NCBI RefSeq assembly: GCF_001194135.2
Contig: NC_068991.1
Span: 10,469,372-10,523,891, forward strand
Reading direction: 5' to 3'
From: Octopus bimaculoides
Lineage: Eukaryota
Length of the DNA: 54,520 nt
Positions 23,838-37,400 of this stretch are shown one piece after another. Both the position numbers and the translations under genes were made by a program. How positions within the stretch are numbered: the first letter of the stretch is position 1; the number at the start of each line of letters is the position of its first letter. The notes beneath the pieces were generated by a model that saw only the letters and a list, made by a program, of their open reading frames with translations, made no database searches and had not been told where the DNA came from.

Positions 23838-25019
23838 TTACATGTACAATGAACTTCTTTCAGTTGCCATCTACTGAATCCACTGACAAAGTTTTTGTCA
23901 TCTTGGGGCAATACTAGAAGACACTTGCCCGAGGTACTGTGCAGTGGGATTGAACCCCAAACCACATGGCTGTGACAACTATAGAATTAAATATGCAAAT
24001 TGACTCAAAATGCTTTTGCATATAATTAGCCTATATATATATATCACAATTGTTTGAAGAGCCGCTAACATCCTCTCGCAAAACCCTTGGCTTCTGGTGA
24101 ACCCCAGATGGGAAATGCTGATCTACTGTTTTTAGTGTCTTCAATGGGCAGTGGTTATCGGTAAAGGAAGTGGACAGAATACAAACAATATTTGTAAATA
24201 AATCATTGAAAGTTGATTTATTCCATTTCTTCAACCCTCTTCCATTATTCAATCAATGTTATTCACATGTAGAAATACTGTTTTATTAATGGCTCTTGGA
24301 GAGATTGTCATAATTATTGATATTATTCAGGTCTTTTCTATTGTCAGTATAGATTTTCTCCCACCTCCTGCTCTTCCTCCCTCCCTCCCTCCTCTTGCTC
24401 TCCCCCTCCTCCTGCTCTCTCTCTCTCTCATTCTCTCTCTCTCTCTCTCCATTATGCCTAGCTGCTAATTTCTGCTGTTTGCTGTTTATTGGGCAATCAT
24501 TGACTGTTTTTTGTTCGTTGATTGTTTAATTACAAATAAAGCATCTCTTATTAAATCACATGCTTATCTGCATATCAGGAGAAGCTTCACGTGCTTATTT
24601 CTCTCTCCACATACATTACAAATCCATATGCCTGCTTATGATAATTACAAACTTTATGCATGATATCACTGTTAACATAACTCCGTTGCTTGTTATGTCT
24701 GCAGAGGAAGTGTTTGCTTTCTACTACACTTTCATTTACAAACACGAATTAGTCTGATTGCCACTATGGCACACAAACTTTACCGATTTTTCTCCAATTA
24801 TTTTTCTGCCAACACAGACCACCTCAAGTTTCATTGGTCCCTAGTTTTTATTTTCTTCTATTCTGGGTGTGTCGGCTTTTCTTTGTTTACTTAAATAAAT
24901 GATGATGCTGATGAAGATGACCTTCTTTAAATGCAATAGAATCCCTTTAACACATGTTGTTAGGAAATATTATACAATCAAATATTTAACATAATTTCTT
25001 CTTTTTTTTATTACCAAAG

Positions 25020-25121
25020 AAAACCAAGGCAGAGGAGGGGTAGTACCCATGATCTTTGCTGGTCCTGCCATATTGGTAGTGGGGTTGCTGTTTTGCCTAA
25101 GCATGTGCAAGAAAAACAAGG
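25020..25121 (+). CDS. Candidate 102-nt transmembrane-helix exon
   Basis: ttcttctttttttattaccaaag|...AAG G|gtaggt; phase 1-1 reading NQGRGGVVPMIFAGPAILVVGLLFCLSMCKKNK (hydrophobic run, then basic residues); a second frame is also open. Confidence 0.25.
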
Positions 25122-25281
25122 GTAGGTTGGTATGCAAGGGCCTGAGGTGTTTGCTCTGAATTCTTACAACAGAATAACCTCCATTGAAAACCCCCAAAGC
25201 CCAGATGATGGTGTTACATTGGACCACCCAGAAACTGACCGATCACCCAAAATCATACCAGCTGCCCCAAAACAGACTTAC

Positions 25282-25296
25282 CAGCTGTATATGAAC
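25282..25296 (-). CDS. Candidate 15-nt micro-exon
   Basis: Minus strand: ccacttattgtag|GTTCATATACAGCTG|gtaagt; phase 1-1 GSYTA. Confidence 0.15.
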
Positions 25297-26039
25297 CTAC
25301 AATAAGTGGAATTTGAGATGTTTAAACTTACCTCTATTTATGAGTGCATATGTACTTTTCCAGTTTCTATACAAGCTTTATAAATAACTTTTCCTTTTAC
25401 ATCCATTGTCAAATTCATATCGTAAATGTCCATCTTAAAAAAAAAAAAAAATGAAAGACACTTATAGGCTGGGGGTAAGCAAGAGCATGCTCCCCATAGA
25501 AAATCCAGCTCCAAAAAAGCCTTATGATAGCAAAGGAGAATGGGCACCAGCCAACCCAAAGGTTGGGGTGGGCTGCACCTGCCAACCTCAGTTGCTATGG
25601 CATTGAGGTAGATCTATGGCATTGAGATAGTGCATTTTTTTAATTCTTTTACTCTTTTACTTGTTTAAGTCATTTCACTGTGGCCATGCTGGGGCNNNNN
25701 NNNNNNNNNNNNNNNNNNNNNNNNNNNNNNNNNNNNNNNNNNNNNNNNNNNNNNNNNNNNNNNNNNNNNNNNNNNNNNNNNNNNNNNNNNNNNNNNNNNN
25801 NNNNNNNNNNNNNNNNNNNNNNNNNNNNNNNNNNNNNNNNNNNNNNNNNNNNNNNNNNNNNNNNNNNNNNNNNNNNNNNNNNNNNNNNNNNNNNNNNNNN
25901 NNNNNNNNNNNNNNNNNNNNNNNNNNNNNNNNNNNNNNNNNNNNNNNNNNNNNNNNNNNNNNNNNNNNNNNNNNNNNNNNNNNNNNNNNNNNNNNNNNNN
26001 NNNNNNNNNNNNNNNNNNNNNNNNATATATACACACACA

Positions 26040-26163
26040 CAGGATATCCACAAAGTCTGGGTACATGGGGATAAACACATACTTCAAGAAATTATCATTT
26101 CTTATATTTAATTGTTTATATTATGATTTTATTTACTCCATGTACCCAGACTTTGTGGACACC

Positions 26164-26166
<3 letters not shown>
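26040..26166. mobile_element. 127-bp Tc1/mariner-type MITE
   Basis: 29-bp TIRs caggatatccacaaagtctgggtacatgg (26040-26068) and ccatgtacccagactttgtggacaccctg (26138-26166), 2 mismatches; right end followed by (TA)n. Confidence 0.85.
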
Positions 26167-26197
<31 letters not shown>

Positions 26198-26904
26198 CAG
26201 GCTTCTTTCAGTTTCCGTCTACCAAATCCACTCACAAGGCTTTAGTTGATCTGTCGCTATAGTGGAGTAATCTGAATGGTAAAATGTAAAATAAAAAAGA
26301 AAAAAAAAAGATGAATACATTTTAGATAGTCAAATTCCATACATGGTATGTTGGGTGGTGGGAACCGGGTGGAAACGGTAGAAGATGTGATTGTCACAAT
26401 CATAATGTCTTCGATGATAATCCTACTGGATCAAGTACCTAACTTGGGCTAAATATAATGACTATCTTGTCAAAACCCACTGATTATAATCTGATTAACT
26501 GTTTAACTTCTTCACTTTCCAACTTCATTCCTTGGTCATTTCATTTTGTCCAATATAGGTACACAAACAGTAAATACAGAAAACCTGAATACTGTTTCCG
26601 CTTTCTGTAATTTCAGACACGCCCTCTGCAGGACCCTCTCATTTTAATTCTTATCACTATTCATACCCTCCAGCATTTTCGTGTGAAGGTTTTTAAGTAT
26701 ACAATAGTCCTTGAATGCTAAATTTCTTGATAAGTGCCACATTCTTCACAGTGGCAGAAAGTATCAGTTTCACATGAAATATGGTGAAGCAAAGCATTTA
26801 CTTATGTATTTCTTGGGGGAAATTAGTAAAACCTGAAGGATATCTTATTCAAATTATAACAGCCTGTGTAGGTATAGGCTTTCCCTTTGTGCATGTGTGC
26901 ATAT

Positions 26905-26935
<31 letters not shown>

Positions 26936-27158
26936 CATGCATGCATGTGTACATGCTCGTGTTTGTGTGTATGTATATAGGTATGTGTGTGTGTGTGTGT
27001 GTGTGTATTATATATATATAATTATATTGTAATGTGGGTGCCTAACACATCTGGGTATATGTTATATAATGGCTAAACACAATCTGATATAGTTAGAGGA
27101 GGATCTGTACAATGAAACTTTATAAGCAACTGTCACAAATACACACACACACACACAC

Positions 27159-27205
<47 letters not shown>

Positions 27206-28002
27206 NNNNNNNNNNNNNNNNNNNNNNNNNNNNNNNNNNNNNNNNNNNNNNNNNNNNNNNNNNNNNNNNNNNNNNNNNNNNNNNNNNNNNNNNNNNNNNN
27301 NNNNNNNNNNNNNNNNNNNNNNNNNNNNNNNNNNNNNNNNNNNNNNNNNNNNNNNNNNNNNNNNNNNNNNNNNNNNNNNNNNNNNNNNNNNNNNNNNNNN
27401 NNNNNNNNNNNNNNNNNNNNNNNNNNNNNNNNNNNNNNNNNNNNNNNNNNNNNNNNNNNNNNNNNNNNNNNNNNNNNNNNNNNNNNNNNNNNNNNNNNNN
27501 NNNNNNNNNNNNNNNNNNNNNNNNNNNNNNNNNNNNNNNNNNNNNNNNNNNNNNNNNNNNNNNNNNNNNNNNNNNNNNNNNNNNNNNNNNNNNNNNNNNN
27601 NNNNNNNNNNNNNNNNNNNNNNNNNNNNNNNNNNNNNNNNNNNNNNNNNNNNNNNNNNNNNNNNNNNNNNNNNNNNNNNNNNNNNNNNNNNNNNNNNNNN
27701 NNNNNNNNNNNNNNNNNNNNNNNNNNNNNNNNNNNNNNNNNNNNNNNNNNNNNNNNNNNNNNNNNNNNNNNNNNNNNNNNNNNNNNNNNNNNNNNNNNNN
27801 NNNNNNNNNNNNNNNNNNNNNNNNNNNNNNNNNNNNNNNNNNNNNNNNNNNNNNNNNNNNNNNNNNNNNNNNNNNNNNNNNNNNNNNNNNNNNNNNNNNN
27901 NNNNNNNNNNNNNNNNNNNNNNNNNNNNNNNNNNNNNNNNNNNNNNNNNNNNNNNNNNNNNNNNNNNNNNNNNNNNNNNNNNNNNNNNNNNNNNNNNNNN
28001 NN

Positions 28003-28345
28003 GGACATTTTTGAAAGATTCACAAAATCATTGATTTTAGGTACAAACAAATTTTATTGACATCAGTATGTTCGTATTGAATTAGCATTTGTCACAATCA
28101 AATGTGGAAAGCAACATCCATCATGTGGTATCCGTTTTCATTGATGCATTTCTGAAGGCGTTCTTGGAAGTTGGCCTCCCCACTCTTTTCAGCATTGCTC
28201 TTTCGATTTGGGCAACTCCGACGCCAATAGCTTCCTTCAAATCATCCAATGTACTGGGCTTATGCACATACACATGTGCCTTGAGGTTTCCCCACAAGAA
28301 ATAATCACTTGAGCGTGGTCTTACAGCTGTTTCTGGGATATCCCA
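28003..28345 (-). mobile_element. Tc1/mariner transposase C-terminal remnant
   Basis: PRSSDYFLWGNLKAHVYVHKPSTLDDLKEAI...; frameshifted ANFQERLQKCINENGYHMMDVAFHI*; the end runs into a gap. Confidence 0.8.
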
Positions 28346-29631
28346 GAGTATAGAATATTCAGTCATCGAAGACAAATAGGGAAAATGAGAAGAGTATAGA
28401 TTAATGAAATGACGACATATAGGACAGGAGTAAAGGAATAAGGAGATGAAGAAAGAGACGGGGAAAGAAATATTAAAGTTCACAGTTCAGCTTTCTGATC
28501 TTGTAGAAGTAAGTCCTAGTAATCCGTTACAGCACTTACCTAGCATAACTAGTTGTTTAGATCACCTGTGAATTAACCCCCCCCCCTATTTTTTATATAT
28601 ATATATATACAGACACACATACATGCATATATATACGCACATACACACATACACACTAAGGACTCCATTCTGTTTACAAAATAATAAGTACTAGGGTTGA
28701 TTTATTTTACTAAAATTCTTCAAGGCAGTGGGCAGTGCCCCACTGAAATGAATGCAAAAAAAAAAGGGTGAGTGTTTACGATCAGTTAACATGTTTTGAT
28801 CTTTTTCCTGTTTGCAAATATACAAAAATGAAAAAGTCAAAGTTAATTTTCACGAGCCAAACTAGCAAGCTTTCATATGGGTCACTTGTTTTAGTAGCCA
28901 AATCTCCCTCGAACCACATCCTACAATCTTAAAAAGAAAAAAAAACATATTTAACAATATAATCTGGGGAGGTGGGGGTTGTCTTAGAGCCTGAAAAAGG
29001 CTGATTTCCATAGTTAGAACAGCTTCGCTTATACGTTTGCTTCAACTTGGTAGGGTTAATTGACAGCAATAGCAACAATGTTTTCTCGCTCAAGAGAAAG
29101 TGTAAGTGCTATCATTTTATGTAAATAGACATGTTCTGCTGATTAACTGGGCTATTTTTTGACATCGTTTCATCCGTATCACGACGATATTTCTGATTAA
29201 ATGCGCTGCCTTTGTTTCGGTTACTATTGAAATTTATGAAAATTTTTTAATAAAATAGTGTTGTCATTATTAAAATGGTATTTCAAACATAAATTAGCAT
29301 AAAATTTTAATGAGAAGTTCTAATGTAAATCACTTAAAACAAACAGGAAGTTTGTATCATAGAACTAAGGGTAGTCTCAGGTGGGTTGGTATCAAAAGGG
29401 TTAAATTATAATGTCTATTTCTTTTTTCTTCTTTTTTATTTTTTTGTAATTTTCCTAGTCTTTGAACAGTTGCTGACATCACATTTCAATCAGTTTTCTT
29501 TCTTGTCCATCGTCAGGTATTATTCCTGAACTTGGCCAGGGATTGAATGGTGACTCATTTATTTTACCAACTGGGTCTGGTGTTCAGACCACCGACAACA
29601 ACGCTGTCCCCCCTGGACAATAATGTTATTT

Positions 29632-29865
29632 CATGGGCGGCGAACTGGCAGAATCGTTAGCACGTCAGGCGAAATGCTTAGTGGTATTTCATGTGTCGTT
29701 ACGTTCTGAGTTCAAACTCCGCCGAGGTCGACTTTGACTTTCATCCTTTCGGGGTCGATTAAATAAGAGCCAGTTACGCACTGGGGGTTGATGTAATCGA
29801 CTTAACTTTGTCTGTCCTTGTTTGTCCCCTCTATGTTTAGCCCCTTGTGGGCAATAAAGAAATAA
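29632..29865 (+). mobile_element. SINE family C, young CpG-intact copy
   Basis: gggcggcgaactggcagaatcgttagcacg (A box), gagttcaaactcc (B box), gccgaggtcgactttgactttcatcctttcggggtcgattaaataag, tail gccccttgtgggcaataaagaaataa. Confidence 0.9.
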
Positions 29866-30304
29866 ATATCATGCAGCAGCAGTTGTCATCGTCGTCATCA
29901 TTGTGGTAGTAGTTGTAGTAGCAGTAGTTGTTGTCCTGTGTTAAGTTTTTGGAATATAAGTTAATTTGAAAGAGAAGAATTTCAAGGCAAGCTGTTTAAA
30001 CATATGCAAGTAAGTGTTTTCCATGGCTCTCCTCAAAACTAGTTGTTTATTGTTATGAAGGTGACAGTTTTATAGATATAATTTAGACCTGAAATTTCCT
30101 TCTGGATGTCGGCTGACTTTTATATGCATCTTTCAAGTATTTGACTGTGTTATAAAATACAGATAACGGTTGTTACAGGTGTGATAGTCGGTAGTTATCC
30201 TTTCTTCCTGGTTTCTTTTATAGTCTCGAGAATAGATAAACTTTATGCTGTCATAACAGTTTGTGTGCAAAACCACAGGAGCTGTTGTAGTATATTGTTG
30301 TTAC

Positions 30305-30349
30305 CTGCTGGAAATAACAGCCTAACCTCTCTTGTCACATCACGCTTAT
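30305..30349 (-). CDS. Candidate 45-nt exon
   Basis: Minus strand: long poly-T tract ...ttttccttag|ATAAGCG...CCAGCAG|gtaaca; open only in phase 1: DKRDVTREVRLLFPA. Confidence 0.3.
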
Positions 30350-30624
30350 CTAAGGAAAAAAAAAAAACAAACAAAAAGAATGCATTGAATGACATATGGC
30401 AAATGCATTTAGAGCCACAATATGTAGTTTGTCCTTTCTAAGTAAGACAGTAGGGTGTTGTGAGAGAGATTTGGTAGATGGAAAAAAGAGACTACTAGAC
30501 TTAAAGAAAAAAGAAGCATTTCATACTGGGGTCAATTTGTTTGACTAGAACCCCTTCAAAACAGGTGCCCCAGCATGGCTGCAGTCCAATGAGTGAAGTA
30601 GAAGTTAAAAAGAAAAAAAAAAAA

Positions 30625-30830
30625 AGACACATACCTCATCTTAATCTCTCTTATTTGCCCTTGTATGAAATACTGTTGTCACATTTGGGTTGTCTAGCTG
30701 CAGGTGTTCTTACCTTGATTGAATTCAGACCCCTCCCTCTCACTGCCAAAACATTAATTCGTTATCTCTGTTCTGTACATACTTTCATAGTCTCTGTTCT
30801 GCTGAACTTGTCCTGTATCACCTCTTAAGG
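30625..30830 (+). mobile_element. CR1/Jockey-group LINE post-RT remnant
   Basis: LICPCMKYCCHIW and PLSHCQNINSLSLFCTYFHSLCSAEL resemble IRPxMEYCSHIW and PLSHRRxVASLSLFYRYFHGxCSxEL. Confidence 0.6.
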
Positions 30831-31164
30831 TTACTAATCAAAATGACTAATTCTGATCTTTTCATAGTTGTGCCCCACTTGTAAGAAGTGTTTCTACTTT
30901 TCTGGTTTCTTTTCTCAAGCATTTATCATGTAGAGCTGACTTTTTATAATTTGTTTCCCCAGATGAATATGATCTTTGTTCTTTTAAATCTTGCTTTGAT
31001 CATTTCATGATTCATAGGACAGCCATTTATATATATATTTTTTTTTGTTTTTCTTTCTTTTTCTTTTGTAACTCTCAACATTCTTAGTGGTTGCTTGAGG
31101 CCTGTTTTATTGCTGCTTGTCACCTTGTTGGGAGTGACATACAATAAAATGAAATTTGCGTTTG

Positions 31165-31532
31165 GTGTTTGGGACATAACAAAAGACAAATATTTTAGTA
31201 TATTCAGTTGTTTTCCAGACCATAACATAAAATTGATTATTACATAAAATTACGATTGAAGGTTTCAATTTAAATTTGAACACTTTTCAAACGAGCAGTC
31301 AAAAGTGGTCCCTGGGCGTTTGGATATCAAAGGAGTTAAATGTGTTTCGGACATAACAAAAGACAAATATTTTAGTAGATTATTAAGTTGTTGTTTAGAA
31401 ACATAACATAAGATTATTACACAAAATTATGACAGAGGGGGTTTTAAATTAAATACGAACACTTTTAAGATGAACAGTTTTGTATCATAGAGCCAGAGGT
31501 GGTCCCGCGCGGCTTGATATCAAAGGAGTTAA
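31165..31532 (+). repeat. Two tandem ~180-190-bp units, each ending in a piggyBac-like ...gatatcaaaggagTTAA end
   Basis: gtgttt.ggacataacaaaagacaaatattttagta starts at 31165 and 31342; a related single copy at about 29200-29404 ends ggtatcaaaagggttaa. Confidence 0.75.
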
Positions 31533-32602
31533 GTGGAACCAGTGTTGGCAGATGGTCAGTTGTCCTCTTTGTTCAATCTCTAGCAAGCTATTTGTAAACA
31601 TTCCTTGTGAAAAACAGCTTAAGTTCTTTAAACTGGAGACAGTTCCTTCAATTGTTGCAGAATCAATAAGAACCATGACAAATAGTTTTAGTTCGTATAA
31701 AATACAGCCATGGTTAATGTGTTGCTTCCAGTCTATAATTCCAAATGAATACTAAATTATTGATTGACGTTTTTTTGTTTTTTTTTCTCTATTTTCTTTT
31801 TGACACTTCATGTGGAAATGATGATTTGTGATGTATGTGCTTTTGATCTGTTTTGGTTGTTGCTTAGCCCCGAGTCAACCCTGATTTAGCAAACCTATGA
31901 ATCAAAAGAAGTATCAGTTATAACCATCCCATCATTCATTTAGACACAGCACAATATATCAAAGACTGCTTTTTTCTCATGTGCCTGCTCTTTTTGTGAT
32001 TACAGGGTGTGCGATTTGAGACAAATTTGGCTGCTGCTTTTGGCAGGTTGTTATTTAATCCCAGGTTAACTCTTATCCCACAGACCTATGAGCGAAAACA
32101 TCCTAGGCATAATGTATCTTGGACTACATTATCTTTTATGTCTTTCCTTTTTTTCTTAACATAGTAGTTATTGTGATTTGAAAGAGAATAAATTATTTCT
32201 TGTAGATCCAGCAACCTTGTTGTAGTTTTCTCATTGGTGTGTGCATGTGAGTTTTGTTGATTATTTCGTAGTGATTTTAACTCTTTACTTCACTCTAAAG
32301 CAGTTGTCAGCCCTTGGGTAAGTGTTGAATATTATCTTAACTGATTTCTGTAATGGTGGATGGCAAAAATCTGTTGAAAATCGAACAAAATACTTTGCTG
32401 TATCTGGCTAGGTCCTGAATTCAAACCCTGCTCGGGTCCACTTTTTGTCTTTCATCCCTCTGCAGTCAATAAGACAAGCAGGCATTTGGTTATATATTTT
32501 AGTGAGGTTAATGTCATTGATTACACTTTAGAAAGTCGAGTCCTAGCATGGCAACCACCTAATGACTGAAACAGTAACAGAAATACTCTCTCTCTCTCCC
32601 TC

Positions 32603-32638
<36 letters not shown>

Positions 32639-32984
32639 ACACGCACGCACGCACGCGCGCGCGATCTATCCTGAAAGAAACTGAACTTTTTGAAAAACAA
32701 ATTTATTGTTTTACTTACATTTTAACCCTTTGACTACAAAAGTCAGATACATCCACTCAAAATTTCATTTCATTAACTACTGAAAGCAATTTCGTAATAC
32801 CAATCTGTCTTTTGTTGAGGAATGTCATGTCGGAAACTTGTTTTTGTGTTGAGATTTGTCAAGTTTATTGAGGCAATATAACTTGCAAAAAATAACACTT
32901 CTATTTTTTAAGTAGACATTTAACATCATTGCTGGAATAACTATGAAATTCCATTTCACAGTTAATTAGACATTTTTCCTTCAA

Positions 32985-33560
32985 AAATAAGTTCTCACTA
33001 TAGTTGATACACTGTTTATTTCTTATTTTGGAATGTATCCTGAATGCGTTGTTGGTGTTATATGCAGCTTTTGTAGTGATTCTTTGATCATTTGAAATTG
33101 GTGATTCTTCAGAGTGGATTTCAACTTTGGGAACCGTAAGAAAGTCTGCAAGGCTTAAATGCAGATTGTAAGGTAGTTGGAGGATGAGATTCATCTTGTA
33201 CTTTGCCAAAATGTCATGAATAAGAAGTGGTGCATGAACAGGTGCATCATCATGGTGCAACATCCAGGTTTTGTTTGTCCATGCTTCATGTCTCTTCCTT
33301 CACACTGCCTCACTGAAATGGCCCAGGACATCTAAGTAAAACCTATGTGGTACAAGCTTATGATAAAGGATGCTTTTCCAATCAAAAGGGACAAATCAAC
33401 ATCATCATTTTATTTAACCTGACATTGATTTTTAGGTCACAACAATGACTGCCTTTTTATTTCAACATCATAGCCATACACTCATGTCTCATCATCTATT
33501 GCGACACTTTTTAGAAATCTGTTTGAAATCCTTTATTGTTTAATATGTGACAAATTGTTA
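32985..33560 (-). mobile_element. Mariner transposase catalytic-domain pseudogene
   Basis: DDET*VYGYD, YLDVL...RKR...NKTWMLHHDDAPVH, and LPY...LADF motifs correspond to GDETW / HDNA / YSPDLAPSD; several stops and frameshifts. Confidence 0.8.
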
Positions 33561-34329
33561 AGTTCCCTAAAAACACATTTCCCCTTTTAACAGGTGCAGA
33601 TTGATGAGTGCATTTCATCGTTATGGTCACAAGATATGATGAAGGCATTTTGACAAACTAATTAATCAACTGTTTGTATAAATTAATTAGTTTATTGATA
33701 ATGGAATAGAAGTGAACCGCAGCCTATACATGTGTTTTATTGACAGAACGATGTTCCCAATGCACAACAGCAGTTTTTTTCAACACATGGTTCCACACTA
33801 AGAGTCTTGCAAAACAAATCCAAAAATCATACACACACTATATATATACACACACTATATATATATATATGTGTGTGTGTGTGTTTGTGCTAGCATGGCT
33901 GCAGTTGAATAACTGAGGTTAGTAAAAGGGAAAAAAAAGATTTAAAAAAAACAGAAAATATCCTTTTTCTATTGATTTTTCTCTTTGATCTTTTAGTACT
34001 TTACGGGCAAAATGACCTTGTCAAAGAACAAGTGTGTGTGTGTTATATATATGTATGTATGTATGTGAATATATGTATGTGTGTATATGGTGTGGGTGTG
34101 TGGGTGTATATATATGTGGGCGTGTATGTGTTTGAGTGTTTCTTTTATTGATTTCAGTCTTTGGATTGTGGTCATGATAGGATTTTGCTTTCTAAATTAT
34201 AATCGATTACATTAAACCTAACGCTTATTTATTTGTCTGCTAGTTATCTCTACTCTTTCATAGTTTCCCTCTGCACTCCCTTACTGGTCCCCTTACTGAA
34301 TATGTTTTTATTGGTCTCTTGAATACTTT

Positions 34330-34760
34330 TTTATAGGCACAGGCATGGCTGCATTATTAAGGAGTTTGCTTCTTAATCCTGTGGTCCCAAGTTCAAACTC
34401 ACTGTGTAGCACTTTGGACAATAGCCCTGAGTAGACCAAAGCCTTGTGGATGGATTTCATAAATGGAAACAGCAAGAAGCTCATGTTATACATCTATCTG
34501 TCTGTATATTATATATATTATATATATATAATGTGTATGTATGTGTGTACCCTTGTCTTGCCATCGGGTGATGGTTGTAAAAGAGCATCACCATCAATCA
34601 TATAAGTGATAATGTTTAATCTGGCCATTTTACCTTTCCTGGAAACAAATGAGGTTGGCAATGGGAAGAGCATCGAGTCAGAAAATCTGCTTCAACAAAT
34701 TACATCTAACCCATGCAGGCATGGAATAGTGGACGTTAAGTGGTGATGATGATGATGATG
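34330..34760 (+). mobile_element. SINE family A2, full length, diverged
   Basis: Head aggcacaggcatggctgc; internal (TA)n(TG)n; tail ggacgttaagtggtgatgatgat. Confidence 0.75.
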
Positions 34761-35821
34761 ATTCTGGTTCCCTATATACTCTTTTACTGGTTTCCTGAAT
34801 TCTCTTTTACTGATTCCTTTTAAACACTTTTTACCAGTTTCCACCATACACTTTTACAGATTTCTGCCATTTTAGCTGTTGTCTTCTTTTTCTTCTGTTT
34901 TCTTTTCTTTTTTTTTGTTCGTTCATGTTTTCTCGGATTACTCTGTATATTGGTAAAACTAAACAAACATTTATCTAGCACTAGTGGATAGTAATCTCTT
35001 GTAGACTTGCCAGTTGATGTTACTACTACTGCTGCTGCTGCTACCACTATTATGACTACTACTACTAGTACTACTACTACTAATAATAATATTACTTCTG
35101 TTGTTGTTGTTGTTCTCTGCAAGCATACTTAAAACATTGATAAAACTAGATAGAGAGTGAGTGAGTCATCAGCTGATTGTATGTGTACCAACTAAGCTGC
35201 TATTACTAGAAGTTGATTGTGGTGTGCGTATATGTGTGTGTATGTGCATATGGTTTTATATATATGTATATATATGTGTATGTGTGTGTCCATGAATGGT
35301 TTAAAATAAAAGCTGGGAGATAATGGATGTTAGATGAAGAATTATTAAAGGCAAGGCAGAAGAATATTTGCCTTACTATGAGACAGTATATGTTCAAAGA
35401 AAGTGAGGCTTGGCTTGTAAATAACAGGAATCTGGCTGGAGATTTTATTGGAATCACATATATATATACATATGCATACACATGGTATAGATGTACACAT
35501 ATACACAAATCCACACACACACATACACACACAGAAGCATACACCCACATTTACGCATTTACATATACACGTCGTTATTGATCATCATTTAATGTTCACT
35601 TTTCCATGCTTGCATGAGTCAGATGGAATTTGTCGAGGCGAATTTCCTATGGCTGGATGCCCTTCCTGTTGTTAGTCCATGCCTTTTTTTTTTTTTTTTT
35701 ACCAAGCAAGGTAATATTCCCCATGGCCAGACATGTTTTCCCATGGAAAACTGGAAACAAACAACATCTCTTGTGTAGCAGTGAGGCTTGTTAACAACCA
35801 TTGCAGGATGTTAGGACAAGA

Positions 35822-35866
<45 letters not shown>

Positions 35867-36687
35867 ATGGGCTNNNNNNNNNNNNNNNNNNNNNNNNNNN
35901 NNNNNNNNNNNNNNNNNNNNNNNNNNNNNNNNNNNNNNNNNNNNNNNNNNNNNNNNNNNNNNNNNNNNNNNNNNNNNNNNNNNNNNNNNNNNNNNNNNNN
36001 NNNNNNNNNNNNNNNNNNNNNNNNNNNNNNNNNNNNNNNNNNNNNNNNNNNNNNNNNNNNNNNNNNNNNNNNNNNNNNNNNNNNNNNNNNNNNNNNNNNN
36101 NNNNNNNNNNNNNNNNNNNNNNNNNNNNNNNNNNNNNNNNNNNNNNNNNNNNNNNNNNNNNNNNNNNNNNNNNNNNNNNNNNNNNNNNNNNNNNNNNNNN
36201 NNNNNNNNNNNNNNNNNNNNNNNNNNNNNNNNNNNNNNNNNNNNNNNNNNNNNNNNNNNNNNNNNNNNNNNNNNNNNNNNNNNNNNNNNNNNNNNNNNNN
36301 NNNNNNNNNNNNNNNNNNNNNNNNNNNNNNNNNNNNNNNNNNNNNNNNNNNNNNNNNNNNNNNNNNNNNNNNNNNNNNNNNNNNNNNNNNNNNNNNNNNN
36401 NNNNNNNNNNNNNNNNNNNNNNNNNNNNNNNNNNNNNNNNNNNNNNNNNNNNNNNNNNNNNNNNNNNNNNNNNNNNNNNNNNNNNNNNNNNNNNNNNNNN
36501 NNNNNNNNNNNNNNNNNNNNNNNNNNNNNNNNNNNNNNNNNNNNNNNNNNNNNNNNNNNNNNNNNNNNNNNNNNNNNNNNNNNNNNNNNNNNNNNNNNNN
36601 NNNNNNNNNNNNNNNNNNNNNNNNNNNNNNNNNNNNNNNNNNNNNNNNNNNNNNNNNNNNNNNNNNNNNNNNNNNNNNNNNNNNNNN

Positions 36688-36980
36688 TTACGGGGACGTA
36701 AACACACCAGCATCGGTTATCAAGCGATGTTGGGGGTGGGGGGACAAACACAAACACACACATATACATGTATATGACGGGCTTCTTTCAGTTTCCGTCT
36801 ACCAAATCCACTCACAAGGCATTGGTCAGCCTGAGGCTATAGTAGCAGACACCTACCCAAGGTGTCACGCANNNNNNNNNNAGGCTATAGTAGCAGACAC
36901 CTACCCAAGGTGTCACGCAGTGGGACTGAACCCGGAACCATGTGGTTGGTAAGCAAGCTACTTACCACACAGCCACTCCT
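36688..36980 (-). mobile_element. SINE family A1 (body + head)
   Basis: ttacggggacgtaaacacaccagcatcgg...cacacagccactcctac; 10-N gap with duplicated flanks. Confidence 0.85.
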
Positions 36981-37029
36981 ACGCCTATTAGTTGGTGATA
37001 AACATATACAAAATGCACCAACCTGTGGT

Positions 37030-37400
37030 CTACTGACATATTGCTTGCTCCTTCTTTTCATTTCCTAAACTTACTCCACTGGCATCTGCTCCTCAGAGCT
37101 GGTTGCCCTTGCATAACCTGTATTCAGGCACTCTGAACTCATTTGTTTCCCTTCTCATCACCCATATTGTTTACCCAACCCCTTCTCCAAACTTTGCATT
37201 AACCCCCTACATCCTAAAACTTCCTCCCCGGGACATCATCATCTTCAAATTCCCCACCTTGCACACATGAATTTTCTGCAGCCATCATCTTGCAACTGTT
37301 TCAAAAGGAACATTAATTATATTGATCTGACTGGTCTTGGGAGGCCATTGAAGGCTGTGGGCAGAATCCCTTCCTCCAGTCCCCACCACAAAAGAATGAA
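37030..37400 (+). mobile_element. CR1/Jockey-group LINE 3' remnant
   Basis: YSTGICSSELVAL and FKRNINYIDL; same type as 30625-30830. Confidence 0.55.

Noticed and set aside
26280-26465. Unit with a 9-bp hairpin (tgtgattgt/acaatcata) resembling the HHR units
   Set aside because: No CUGANGA and no GAAA in register on either strand.
28553-28578. Minus-strand 26-nt segment with a perfect GTAAGT donor
   Set aside because: Stop codons in all three frames and a G-rich, weak acceptor.
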